Positions 35,055-47,085 of a stretch of DNA of 64,000 bases are shown here, piece after piece (position 1 is the first letter of the stretch; each line of letters starts with the position of its first letter). The notes beneath the pieces were generated by a model that worked only from the letters and a program-made list of their open reading frames with translations, did no database searches and was not told the origin of the DNA. The stretch comes from Squalus acanthias. Its lineage: Eukaryota. The position numbers and the translations under genes are program-made. The stretch covers positions 61,072,001 through 61,136,000 of the forward strand of contig CM059432.1 of assembly GCA_030390025.1 (NCBI GenBank), written 5' to 3'.

Positions 35055-36861
35055 AATGCTCCTCAATGAGCACAGAGGCTTTATTTCCAACAATTAATGT
35101 AGGTATAGGTGGATTCTGATGATCCTTTCCCTATGGCCTTAAACTTCCCTAGCTCTCCTCTATTGCACCTCATCCTCCTCCTCATCTTCCAACACATCCA
35201 GTAAAGTCAGATATGGTGATTTACCAGTACAGCTCTATGCATTAAAACATCTGAGTTTCACTTTACAACATCTCCTATTCTGCTCCATGCTGATCTCTGC
35301 TGACTCACACTGTTATCTTAATGCCACCTTAAAAGTGAGCACCATTAACATGATGTGGGCTGGAAGGCATAAGTAAGTTTGCATGTATGCCTTTAATTGG
35401 TGTCTGCATATTAATCTGATTCCGTGTCAGGGTGAATTTTGGGACAGAGGGTAAAATGCAGTAACGCACCAAATTACCACATACTTTGCATATGTTTTAG
35501 CTGTAATACACAAAGTAATTTCACCCCACTGTTATCAGTCTTGGCTGTATCAAGCCTCTTTCTTAGTGGTGCCATACAAATTAAATGAACATGGTGGGAG
35601 CACAATTTGATTCAAAACAAAATGTGCTTGCTTCACAAAATGCAGACCAAGTGCATTTTTTGGAATATTGTGAAAGAAAAAAATTAGGCCAAGTTTACAT
35701 ACATGCTTTCAGAGAATATGAAAGGATTTGATACTTTAGGGTGGATTTTTTGAATGCACACTCATGGCAGAGAGCCTTGGCTGTTTTGTGTAAATGTTAT
35801 TGCTTTCCTAGCAGTAATCAATCTCTTCCTCTGTTTTTGTTTGGGAAACTGATCATTGGTGCACCTTTAGGACTATGTACAGGGGGCAAATTATGACACT
35901 GAGGTGCTGGTGAGGAGCATTGCCCATCGGAAGCACGAAACTCGGATGTGCACTGCCCAGGATTTAATAGTCAGAAAATAGTCCACAGAGCACATCTACA
36001 TTCCTGACACATGCTCCAGGTGAGTGAGGCTCATAGCCAGCTATGTGGACTTCTAAAACTACCCCCGTACACTGTACAGCACGATTCATGTAGGTGCCTT
36101 GTCAAAATCAGAAAAATGTTTGGTTTCTCGAAGCTATATTTCATTTAAAAAATGGCATTTGGAGAAATGTTTTAGGAAAATCTATATCCACAGGGTTTCA
36201 GCATAAGCAAGGTAAAAATTTGAGAAATGTCAGAACATGGTGAGGTACAGCCTCCCTTGAGAAACTACAGAATTCAGGCAGTTGAATTACCCCTTGACTG
36301 CGAGGGACTTTCAACACTCCAACCCTTCAGACAATCAAGGATATTGTGATGGATGGGCACGTGCCTAGTTGTTAGACCTCATGAGAAATTAAAAGGATAA
36401 TATCATGCAGTTTTAAAATGCACTACCTATATAACATGCTCCAAAGCCAGCAAAACATAATACACAAACTAAGTAACTAAAATGTTGAAAACTGCTCCAC
36501 TGCACAGAGGTAATAAATGGTTAAAACTGGTCCAAAATTCAGATGATTGTAAAGCCTAGTTTGATTAGCAACGAATGAAAATGTTTGGAATAATCTATCA
36601 ATCCTGCAGTGTTGCCCAAATATGCTCCTGATCATCCCAGTATGTCTCGGAGGGTAGCATGGCATTAGGAAAGCTGACAATTGCAAATAAATGAAGAGAA
36701 TCGCATTGCTTTTGGTGGAACTGGGTTATTCTATCCAATAAATTGCTAATGCTGACTTCAGCTTGCAAGTTAGCAAAATTTGAAACATTAACTATTAACA
36801 TTTAGTGTATGGGACAGCAAGCTTTTGAATAAGTTAATAAATTGTCACCAGCAACTTATGA

Positions 36862-37080
36862 GTAAAGAAAGACTTGCATTTATATAGCGTCTTTCACGAC
36901 CACCGGACGTCTCAAAGCGCTTTACAGCCAATGAAGTATTTTTGAAGTGGAGTCACTATTGTAATGTGGGAAACGCGGCAGCCAATTTGCACACAGCAAC
37001 GTCCCACAAACGACAATGTGATAATGACCAGATAATCTGTTTTTGTTATGTTGGTTGAGGGATAAATATTGGCCAGGACA
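36862..37080 (-). mobile_element. Deu-domain SINE, 3' half
   Basis: Reverse complement has GATTATCTGGTCATTATCACATTG...GCAAATTGGCTGCCGCGTTTCC and an L2-like tail TATATAAATGCAAG. Confidence 0.8.
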
Positions 37081-38812
37081 CGTATCGGTCTTCACGGTAG
37101 AAGACACTAAAAGCATCCCAATAATGGATAATCAAGGGGCTATTGGGGTGGGGTGGGGGGGGGGGGAGAACTTAAAACAATCACTATCACTAGAGAGAAA
37201 GTACTAGGCAAACTAATGGGACTAAAGGTGGACAAGTCCCCTGGACCTGATGGCCTGAATCCTTGAGTCTTAAAAGAGGTGGCTGCAGAGATAGTGGATG
37301 CATTGGTTGTAATCTACCAAAATTCCCTGGATTCTGGAGAGGTCCCAGTGGACTGGAAAACCGCAAATGTAACGCCCCTATTTAAGAAAGGAGGGAGGCA
37401 GAAAGCAGGCAATTATTGACCAGTTTGCCTAACACCTGTCATTGGGAAAATGCTGGAGCCCATCATTAAGGAAGTGGTAGCAGGACATTTAGAAAATCAT
37501 AATATAGTCAAGCAGAGTCAGCGTGGTTTTATGAAAGGGAAATCATGTTTGACAAATTTGCTGGAATTTTTTGAGGATGTAACGAGCAGGGTGGATAAAG
37601 GGGAACCAGTAGATGTCGTGTATTTCGATTTCCAGAAGGCATTCGATAAGGTGCCACATAAAAGGTTACTGCACAAGATAAGAGCTCACGGGGTTGGGGG
37701 TAATATATTAGTATGGATAGAGGATTGGCTAACTAACAGAGAGTCGGGATAAACGGATCATTTTCAGGTTGGCAAACTGTAACTAGTAGGGTGCCGCAGG
37801 GATCACTGCTGGGGCCTCAACTATTTACAATCTATATTCATGACTTGGATGAAGGGACCGAGTGTAATGTAGCCAAATTTGCTGATGATACAAAGATAGG
37901 TGGGAAAGCAAATTGTGTGGAGGACGCAAAGAATCTCCAAAGGGATATAGATAGGTTAAGTGAGTGGGCAAAAATCTGGCAGATCGAGTTTAATGTAGGA
38001 AAATGTGAGGTTATCCACTTTGGTACGAAAAATAAAAAAGCAAATTATTATTAAAATAGGGAGAGATTACAAAATGCTGAGGTACAGAGGGATCTGGGGG
38101 CCCTTGTACATGAATCACAAAACGTTAGCATGCAGGTACTGCAAGTAATTAGGAAGGCAAATGGAATGTTGGCCTTTATTGCAAAGGGAATGGAGTATAA
38201 AAGTAGGGAAGTCCTGTTACAACTGTACAGGGCGTTGGTGAGACCACACCCGGAGTACTGTGTACAGTTTTGGTCTCCTTATTTAAAGAAGGATATACTT
38301 GCATTGGAGGCAGTTCAGAGAAGGTTCATGAGGTTGAATCCGGAGATGAAGTGGTTGTCTTATGAAGAAAGGTTGAGCAGGTTGGGCCTATACTCATTGG
38401 AGTTTAGAAGAATGAGAGGAGATCTTATTGAAACATATAAGATTCTGAAGGGGCTTGACAGGGTAGATGCAGAGAGGATGTTTCCCCTCATGGGGGAATC
38501 TAGAACTAGGGGGCATAACTTCAGAATAAGGGGGCACCCTTTTAAATCGGAAATGAGGAGGAATTTCTTCTCTCAGAGGGTTGTGAATCTTTGGAATTCT
38601 CTTCCCCAGAGAGCTGTGGAGGCTGGGTCATTGAATATAGTTAAGGTGGAGATAGACAGATTTTTGAAAGGTAAGGGAGTCAAGGGTTATGGGGAGTGGG
38701 CAGGGAAGTGGAGTTGAGGCCAAGATCAGATCAGCCATGATCTTATTGAATGGCGGAGCAGGCTCGAGGGGCCAAATGACCTACTCCTGCTCCTACGTCT
38801 TATGTTCTTATG
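37081..38812 (+). mobile_element. CR1 LINE, 5'-truncated (RT domain and 3' UTR)
   Basis: KSPGPDG, GKSCLTNL, DFQKAFDKVPH, PQGSLLGP, FADDTK; (TTATG)n-type tail; frameshifts. Confidence 0.92.
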
Positions 38813-39870
38813 TAAGGCGCTTCACAGGAGCATTCAAAGACAAAAAAATTTGACACCTAGCCACATAAGGAGAAATTAGAGCAGGTGACCAAAAGCTTGG
38901 TCAAAGAGGTAGGTTTTAAGGAGCGTCTTAAAGGAGGAAAGAGAGGTAGTGAGGCGGAGAGGTTTAGGCAGGGAATTCCAGAGCTTAGGCCCTAGGCAAC
39001 AGAAGGCATGGCCACCAATGGTTGGTCTTGCACATCCCCGATTTTCGGCCAATTAAATACTGGGAAGATTGAAGCAATAGCCTTCGGTCCCTGCCACAAA
39101 TTCCGTTCCCTCTCCCTGGCCACTTTCTGTGGCTGAACCAGACTCTTCGCAACCTTATCATTCTATTTGTCCCTGATCTGAGCTTCTGACCACATATCCT
39201 TTCCATCACCAAGACCGCCTACTACCACCTCTGTTACATCACCCGCCTTCACCTCTGCCTCAGCCCATCTGCTGCTGAAACCCTCATCCATACCTTTGTA
39301 ACCTCCAGACTTGATTATTCCAATATTCTCCTGACCAGCCACCCCCCTTGCACCCTCCGTAAACTTGAGCTCATCCAAAACTCTGCTGCCCATTTCCTAA
39401 CTTCACGTTCACCCATCACCCCTGTGCTCGCTGACCTACATTAGCTCCCGCTCTGGCAACACCTTAATTTTAAAATTCTACCCCTTGTTTTCAAATCCCT
39501 CCCTCCCTCACCCTCCCTATCTCTGTAACCTCCTCCAGCCCTACAACCTTCTGAGATTTCTGCGTTCCTCCAATTCTGGCCTCTTGCACAACCCCGATTT
39601 TCTTCACTCCACCAATGCTGGCCATACCTTCAGCTGCCTAGGCTCAGAACTCTGGAAATCCCTCCCTATACCTCTCCGCCTCTCTACCTCTCTCACCTCC
39701 TTTAAGAGCCTCCATAAAACCTACCTCTTTGACCAAGCTTTTGGTCACCTATTCTAATATCTCCTTATATGGCTCAGTGTCAAATTTTATTTGATAATCG
39801 ATCATGTGAAGCGCCTTGGGAAGTTTTACTATGTTAACAGTGCTATATAAATGCAAGTTGTTGTTGTATC
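38813..39870. mobile_element. L2 LINE fragments: minus-strand tail 38813-39020 and plus-strand 3' end 39025-39870
   Basis: Homologous to 23060-23880; ends TATATAAATGCAAGTTGTTGTTG. Confidence 0.8.
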
Positions 39871-40552
39871 ATACACAATACAATCACTATCACCAAGGAG
39901 ATTCACTGGGGTATAAAAATACTGAACACACATGCACTGAGCAATTATTGGGCAATATATTCGGTTTAAATTCATTGAAAGTTTCTGACCACTGGTGCTG
40001 AATAAGACACTAACAAATGCTTTCTTTCATCTTGTACCACATAAAGCATGAAATACACCCACTGGGGCATTTTCAAAGCAATAGCCGGCATTAATTTCAA
40101 ATTGACTTGCCTAATGGCATTGGACAGAGATGGAAAAGCTGCCATGAATGTGGCAGAATGGGGCTACTGACCCTGTAAAATGTGCCAAGTTAAGACTGAT
40201 TTACATACTTTTAGCAGGCTTACAGCATATTCCCACTTGGACCAGGAAATTTCCTCTGCGTTGGTTTGGGCGGGGGGGGGGTGGCACGTGGAAGAAACAG
40301 AGCAGGCATCCAAAATCATTGCAGCGATTAAGTTCAAGATCTTCCAATCGATTCACTCCTTTGGGAGGAATTTAAATTTTAAAGGAAACTTCAGCTGGCC
40401 CTGAGCAATACTGATCCTTCTGTAATTGCCACCTACTTTGATTACCCACATCAATATTTGGGTGGATGTATTCAATGTTTTGTTGTTAATTCTGCGAGAA
40501 AATCCTGAAAGTAGCTGTAGAATAGAGCTCCACCCAATTTTATAGAATCATA

Positions 40553-41445
40553 GGGGGAAAAATTCAGTTGGTTGCGCCTCCCATTAGCGCCTTAAGAGGG
40601 CGCTAATGGGGCGCAAAGCAACTAGCGCCTGGGCGCAGCGATGTTTGCGCCGCTCACGAACTTAACTAGACATTTTGCGGCGGCGCTAAACACTACCGCC
40701 ACGATCTCCTGCGCCGGCAGATCGTGACGTCAGTCGAGTGCGCAACGCCCCGGTATCGCCCCGGAGCGGATATTGAGTGGCGCCCCCTGCCTTACCGCCT
40801 GACGCTAGCAACGACAGGTTGAGGGGAGCGTTCTGCAGTCATGAAGGGACTGGGGGAGCGCTATTTAAAGGTGACCGCTTCCTGCCTTTTATTGTTGGTG
40901 CCATTTTTGAACTACGCATTCTGAGAGAGAGAGAGAGAGACTTCTGGAGAGATTCAACGTTGTGTGAAGGAGTTTTGGGTACTGAGCAGCACTTTGCAGG
41001 TTCATTTTGATTTGCCATTCCTTGTATCGATTTAGAAAAGATTGTGGGGGCTGCACTCTGAGCTCTTTGCCTGGTACTCTCCATTGTTCTTTCCAGCAGA
41101 TTTGATGTGCAGGTCTCTCCAGGCCAAGATTCAAGGCTGCAATGAGCAGGATGTGGATGGAAAGCAAGATTAACCATCCCCTTTAAGAACTGGCCCGTGC
41201 CATTGTGTGTGTGCTCCATTGCTGACTGACATTACATGAGCTTCGCCAGCGCTCTGAGGTAGCGCCTCGCTCCTCGTCCTTTGCGCCTTAAGACAGGTGT
41301 GAAGTGCCTGATTTAGCGCTCCAATCACCTCCAGGGGCGATAAAAGTCAAGTTTGCAGTCGGTGGCGATAATTAGCGCCAGGCGCTAATCTTTGCGCCCG
41401 GCCGATAATTGCGCCCCAAATGGGGCGATACTGAATTTCTCCCCC
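40553..41445. mobile_element. Harbinger-type MITE (893 bp) with GCGCC-rich subterminal arrays
   Basis: TIR GGGGGA(A/G)AAATTCAGT (16 bp, 1 mismatch); TSD ATA; inserted in a CR1 (ATAGAATC)n tail. Confidence 0.9.
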
Positions 41446-41910
41446 ATAGAATATTACAGCACAGAAGAGGGCCATTCAGCCCATCGTGCCTGTGCCAGTT
41501 CTTTGAAAGAGCTGGTCCATTTAGTCCCACACCCCAGCTTTTTCCCCATAACCCTGCAAATTAGTTCTCTTCAAGTACACGTCCAATTGTCTTTTGAAAG
41601 TTCCTATGGAATCTGCTTCCACCACCCTTTCAGTTAGTGCATTCCAGATCTTAATAACCCTCTGTGTGAAAAGATTTCTCCTCATTTTCCCTCTAGTTCT
41701 TTTGCCAATTAGTTTAAATCTGTGACCTCTGGTAACAGACCCATTTGCCAGAGGAAACAGTTTCTCCCGACTTGCTCTCGCAAAACTGCTCATAATTTTG
41801 AATACCTCTATTAGGTCTCCCCGTAACTTCCAATGCTGTAAGGAGAACAATCACAGCTTCTCCAATCTCTCCACATAACTGAAGTCCCTCATCCCTGGTA
41901 TCATCCTGGC
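41446..41910 (-). mobile_element. CR1 LINE 3' end
   Basis: LFSLQHWKLRGDLIEVFKIM...TRGHRFKL...FTQRVIKIWNAL; tail continues at 40540-40552. Confidence 0.88.
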
Positions 41911-42994
41911 AAAAGTAAGCATTGCTCCCTTAGAGACAGGAGAAATTATAATGGGGAATAAGGAAATGGCAGAAAATTTAAACAAATATTTTGCATCGGT
42001 CTTCACAGTAGAAGACACAAAAAGCATCCCAAAATTAGTGCGGAACCAAGGAGCTAATGAGAGTGAGGAACTTAAAGGAATTAAGATCAGTAGAGAAAAA
42101 GTACTTGAGAAACTAATGGGACTAAAAGCCGATAAATTCCCTGGACCTGATGGCCAACATCCTAGGGTTCTAAAAGACGTAGCTGCAGAGTTAGTGGATG
42201 CATTGGTTATGATCTTCCAAAATTCCCTAGATTCAGGAACAGTCCCAGCAAGGTAGCAAATGTAACCCCACTATTCAAGAAAGGAGGGGGAGAGAAAAAA
42301 TATTGCACTACAGGCCAGTTGTCGAGAAAATGCTGGAATCTATTATTAAGGAAGTGGTAACAGGGCACTTAGAAAATCATAATATGATTAGGCAGAGTCA
42401 ACATGGTTTTACGAAAGGGAAATCGTGTCTGACAAATTTATTAGAGTTTTTTGAGGATGTAACTACCAGGATAGATAAAGGGGAACCAGTGGATGTAGTA
42501 TATTTGGATTTCCGAAAGGCATTCGATAAGGTACCACATAAAGTGTTGTTACGCAAGATAAGGGCTCATGGGGTTGGGGGTAATATATTAGCATGGATGG
42601 AGGATTGGTTAACGGACAGAAAACAGAAAGTAGGGCTAAACATGTAATTTTCAGATTGGCAGGCTGTAACTGGTGGGGTGCCGCAAGGATCAGTGCTGGG
42701 GCCTCAGCTATTTACAATTTATATTAATGACTTAGATGAAGGGACCGAGTATAATGTATCCAAGTTTGCTGACGATACAAAGCTAGGTTGGAAAGAAAGC
42801 TGTGAGGAGGACACAAAGAGCCTGCAAAGGAATATAGATAGGTTAAGTGAGTGAGCAGTAAGGTGGCAGATGCAGTATAATGTGGAGAAATATGAGGTTA
42901 TTCACTTTGATGGGAAGAATAGAAAAACAGAATTTTTTTTAAATGGTGAGAAACTATTAAATATTGGTGTTGAGAGAGATTTAGGTGTCCTTGT

Positions 42995-43463
42995 AGTTTC
43001 AGCCGTGGCTCAGTTGGTAGCACCCCCGCCTCTGAGTCAGAAGGGTGTGGGTCCAAGGCCCTCTCCAAAGACTTGAGCATAAAAATCTAGGCTGACACTC
43101 CAGTGCAGTGCTGAGGGAGTTTTATATATTTGTCTTCAATTTACTTATTTCTCTCTATTTACCCTTAGCATCATTGGCATCACTCACAGGCCTGACGTCC
43201 AGGTTTCAGCTCATCTGCTGCCGAAACCCTCATCCATGCCTTTGTTACCTCTAGACTTGTCCTGTCCAATATTTATCCCTCAATCAACATCACTAAAACA
43301 GATTATCTGGTCATTATCACATTGGTGTTTGTGGGAGCTTGCTGTGCGCACATTGGCTGTTGCATTTCCTACATTACAACATTGACTACACTTCAAAAAG
43401 TACTTCATTGGCTGTAAATTGCTTTGGGGCATCTGGTGGTCGTGAAAAGCAAGTCTTTCTTTC
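42995..43463 (+). mobile_element. Deu-domain SINE with tRNA-like head; middle disrupted by other sequence including an L2 piece
   Basis: Head AGCCGTGGCTCAGTTGGTAGCAC; Deu core at about 43270-43430; (TTTC)n end; CR1 host resumes after it. Confidence 0.75.
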
Positions 43464-43796
43464 GTACAGGAAACACAGAGAGTTAGCATGCAGGTACAGC
43501 AAGCAATTAGGAAGGCAAATGGCATGTTGGCCTTTATTGCAGGGGGATTGGAGTACAAGAGTAAAGAAGTCTTACTAAAATTGTACAGGGCTTTGGTGAG
43601 ACCACACCCGGAGTACTGTGCACAGTTTTGCTCTCCTTATCCGAGGAAGGATATACTTGCCTTAGAGGCGGTGCAACAAAGGTTCACTAGATTGTTCCCT
43701 GGGATGAGAGGGTTGTCCTATGAAGAGAGATTGAGTAGATTGGGCCTATACTATCTGGAGTTTAGAAGAATGAGAGGTGATCGCATTGAAACATAT

Positions 43797-45529
43797 TGGA
43801 TTTTTCCAACCTCGGTGGGTCCATGGCAGGCAATGTCCGTGGCGTGTGGGGACCTTGCATTGGTCTTGATCCCGGTCTCCAACGTTAAAAGGTCTTCTTA
43901 AGCCCACCCTGCGAGGTTCCCAGCCAATTAATAGGAAGCGGGTCCGATGACGTCATTTGATGACGCGTCATCAGTCGGTTTCCTTAAAGGGGCCATGTCC
44001 AAATTGATTTTGACAATTCTGCTGTCAGTGTTCTGCAGCACTGAGGTGTTGCAAATACTGACAATAACTGCACAAAGGTGCACGGCGGCACCCAGGCTCT
44101 CCCATGACTCCCTCCATATTATGTCACAGCACGCAGAGAGGTTCTCTTCCATTCCAATGGGCGGAAGACACCTCCCCATGACACCAACGCAGCCTGGTTG
44201 CACATTGCACAGGAGGACACAAGCAGGGATGTCGTCAGGAGGACCAGGCGCAAACCTTTCAATGATCTCAGTAGATCACAAAATGTTACTGCAAAGCCAC
44301 GCTCAACCTCATCCTGCTGTGCCACTCATCACATCCCCATCACTCTGCCTTCCCTACTCTACTCCAGTACATCCTTACTCACACCAACTTACCTTGGACC
44401 TCCACCCATCCCTCTCTATCTACATTATCACTTCCCCATCTCACTAGCCACACCACACACTCACCCTCATGCTAGTCCAATCATACCAACTAACAACACA
44501 CAACGGTAGGCACTTTGGTATTTTATGCAATGTTCATGTGAAGTTTCTGTTAATGTGCTGTCAAACATTGAAATCTTTATTTTCAACACTTTGCCTTCTT
44601 GGACAGATTTGTGTGCACCTTTGGAAGTGTCTTAGAGAATGGTGAGACATAACTTTCACTTCCCCCGCAATGATGATGAGTGTGAAAGGAATGGCTTGGA
44701 CATTGTAGGGATGCTTTATGGTGCTGGTGTGGGATGGTGCCAACCTGGCGCATCATGTGGCAGCCAGGGTGTACAACGTCAAGAGAAGTAAATCTGGCCA
44801 TGGTGAGGCCATCGCTGGCGTCCCGGGCAGCAATGTGGTCGGGTGCTGATGCCCTGTATCCTGTGCAGCATCAGGTTATTGCGGAGAAAGTAGTTGTTGT
44901 TGATGCTGCTGGTGTGCCTGGTGATGTTGGTTTTGGTGCTGATCGTGGTGGGATACTGAGGACCAAGGTGAGATTTTTCAAGGCCACTGGTGTTGATGGA
45001 ATAGATGGAAGCTGAAGTTGAGATGACATAAGCGATCTGTCAATGGTGAGAGAAGTTGCTCCAAGGAGGTGACACTGGATAGAGAGTTTACTCCAAACAC
45101 TTCAACCCTCCATAAAGCTGAAAAGTGTATTCCAAATCCTGAAGGCTCCAGCCTCCAAGATTGGAAATTGAACAGCTGTGAAATGGTAGCTTTTATACCA
45201 CTTTTTCCACTGTCAACTATTCACAGCAATGCAGAGTCATTGAGAACCCGACACACTTACCTGATGTGATCCCCGAGCACCGGGAACCTCGTAAAAAACA
45301 TGGAAAAATCATTAGGACCAGGTAAAATGCTGCTTAAATACCTTTATGCAGCTTCTTAAGTATTTCAATTGCCTGACCCGCTGCTTAGTGCCAGGTCTGC
45401 AAACCGCAGGCAGAGCCGGCACTTGGGAAATTAACAAGGAGCAGACTTCCGCCTCGCTGTCACTCACTGCCATTTTGATAGCGGACCTGCCTCCGAACCC
45501 GCACTCTGAGCGCCGGTAAAATACAGCCC
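43797..45529. mobile_element. Harbinger deletion derivative: decayed Myb exon 1 on +, transposase N- and C-terminal stubs on -
   Basis: Right end AAAATACAGCCC then ATA; left TIR clipped (TGGATTTTT); TAQRCTAAPRLSHDSLHIM at about 44065; [13 protein letters not shown]-like stub at about 44790-44835. Confidence 0.8.
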
Positions 45530-45907
45530 ATAAGATTCAGAGGGGGATTGACAGGGTAAATGCTGAGAGGTTGTTTCCCCTGGCTGGGGAGTCTAGAACT
45601 AGGGGGCATAGTCTCAGGATAAGGGGTCAGCCATTTAAGACTGAAATTAGGAGGAATTTATTCACTCAGAGGGTTGTGAATCTTTGGAATTCTCTACCCC
45701 AAAGGGCTCTGGATGCTGAATTGTTGAGTATATTCAAGGCTGAGATCGATAGATTTTTGGATTCTAAGGGAATCAAGGGTTATGGAGATCAGGCGGGAAA
45801 GTGGAATTGAGGGCAAAGATCAGCCATGATCTTATTGAATGGCGGAGCAGGCTCGAGGGGCCATATGGCCTACTCCTGCTCCTATTTCTTATGTTCTTAT
45901 GTTCTTA

Positions 45908-47085
45908 AACCTCCTCTGTACAATCTCCAAGGCCTTGGCATCCATCCTAAAGTGAGGTACTCTGAATTGTACACAATATAAGATAAGGCCTAGCCAGTGA
46001 TTTGTAAAGGTTTAGCATGACCTCCTTGTTTCTGAATTTACAAAGCCAGGTATCCCATACGCTTTCTTAACTGCCCTATCAACTTGCCCTGCCACCTTCA
46101 AAGATTTATGAATATGCACCCCCAGGTCCCTCTGCTCTTTTATCCCCCCCCCCCTCCTCAAAATAGTACTACATTGCCAAGTTTTGTATCATCTGCAAAC
46201 TTCAAAATTGTAATCCTTATACCCAAGTCCAGGTCATTCATATATAATTAGAAAAGCAATGGTCCAATTACTGACACCTGTGGGACCCCACTGCATACTT
46301 CTCTCCAGTCAGAAAAACACATGTTCACCACTAGTCTCTGCCTCCTATCCCGAAGCCAATTACTTACACAGGTTTCCACCGTCCCTTTAATACCGCGTGC
46401 TTCTATTTTCCGAATAAGTCTATTATGTGGTACTTTATCAAATGCCTTTTGAAAGTCCATATATATAACATCTACTGCACTACCTTTATCAACCCTCTCT
46501 GTTCCTTCATCAAAGAACTCAATCAGGTTAGTCAGGCACAATTTGCCTTTAACAAATCCGTGCTGGCTGTCTCTTATTAACCGATGCTTCTCCAAGTGAC
46601 AATTAATTTTGTCCTTGACAATGGTCTCTAGTAGTTTTCCCACCACTACAGGCCAGATGTTAGAGTGACTGGCCTGTAGTTACCAGATTTATCCCTCTCC
46701 CCTTTTTTGAACAGGGGTGTAGCATTTGTAATCCTCCAGTCCTCTGGCATCATTCCCATATCCAAGGAAGACTGAAAGATTTTGGTCCGAGGTTCTGCTA
46801 TCTCCACCCCAGCTTCCCTCAGCAACCTAAGATACATCTCATCTGGACCAGGTGACTTGTTAACTTTAAGTGATGCCAACCTATTTAGCACCTCCTTTCT
46901 ATCCATTTTTATCCTATCCAATATCTCAGTTGTGAAGACAAATGCAAAGTACTCATTTAATCCCTCAGTCATGCCTTTAGCCTCCACAAGAAGATTCCCT
47001 TTTTTGTCCCCAATTGGCCCCGCCATCCTTTAACTATCCTTTTACTTTTTATATGTTTATAAAAGATGTTTTGGTTCCTTTTTAT
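45908..47085 (-). mobile_element. CR1 LINE RT fragment
   Basis: LNEYFAFVFT, KSPGPD, NYRPVTLTS, QHGFVKGK, DFQKAFDKVPH, SGVPQ. Confidence 0.9.

Larger units (their letters stand above)
31715..35200 (-). pseudogene. Ancient Harbinger transposase relic in three pieces (about 35058-35200, 32721-33281, 31715-31777)
   Basis: Hand translation of the minus strand: LIEEHYVKKPHLIKK, AINCTHV...HPMVFINRKGYHLNVQ, YNNACLKGRKIIKHNFGVLKQW|F*CLDHTRDVPQYS; reads through both younger insertions. Confidence 0.72.
41912..45907 (+). mobile_element. CR1 LINE, 5'-truncated, interrupted by a Deu-SINE (42995-43463) and a Harbinger (about 43797-45529)
   Basis: LNKYFASVFT, PGPDG, DFRKAFDKVPH, FADDTK, RMRGDRIETY then FPLAGESRTRGHSL; near-colinear with 37081-38812. 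Confidence 0.9.

Noticed and set aside
35160..35200. Acidic EDEEEDE stretch as the next NOL4 exon
   Set aside because: Lacks the expected flanking motifs (SYDS, ERLKAFN), has a stop right after it, and is colinear with the Harbinger relic N-terminus.
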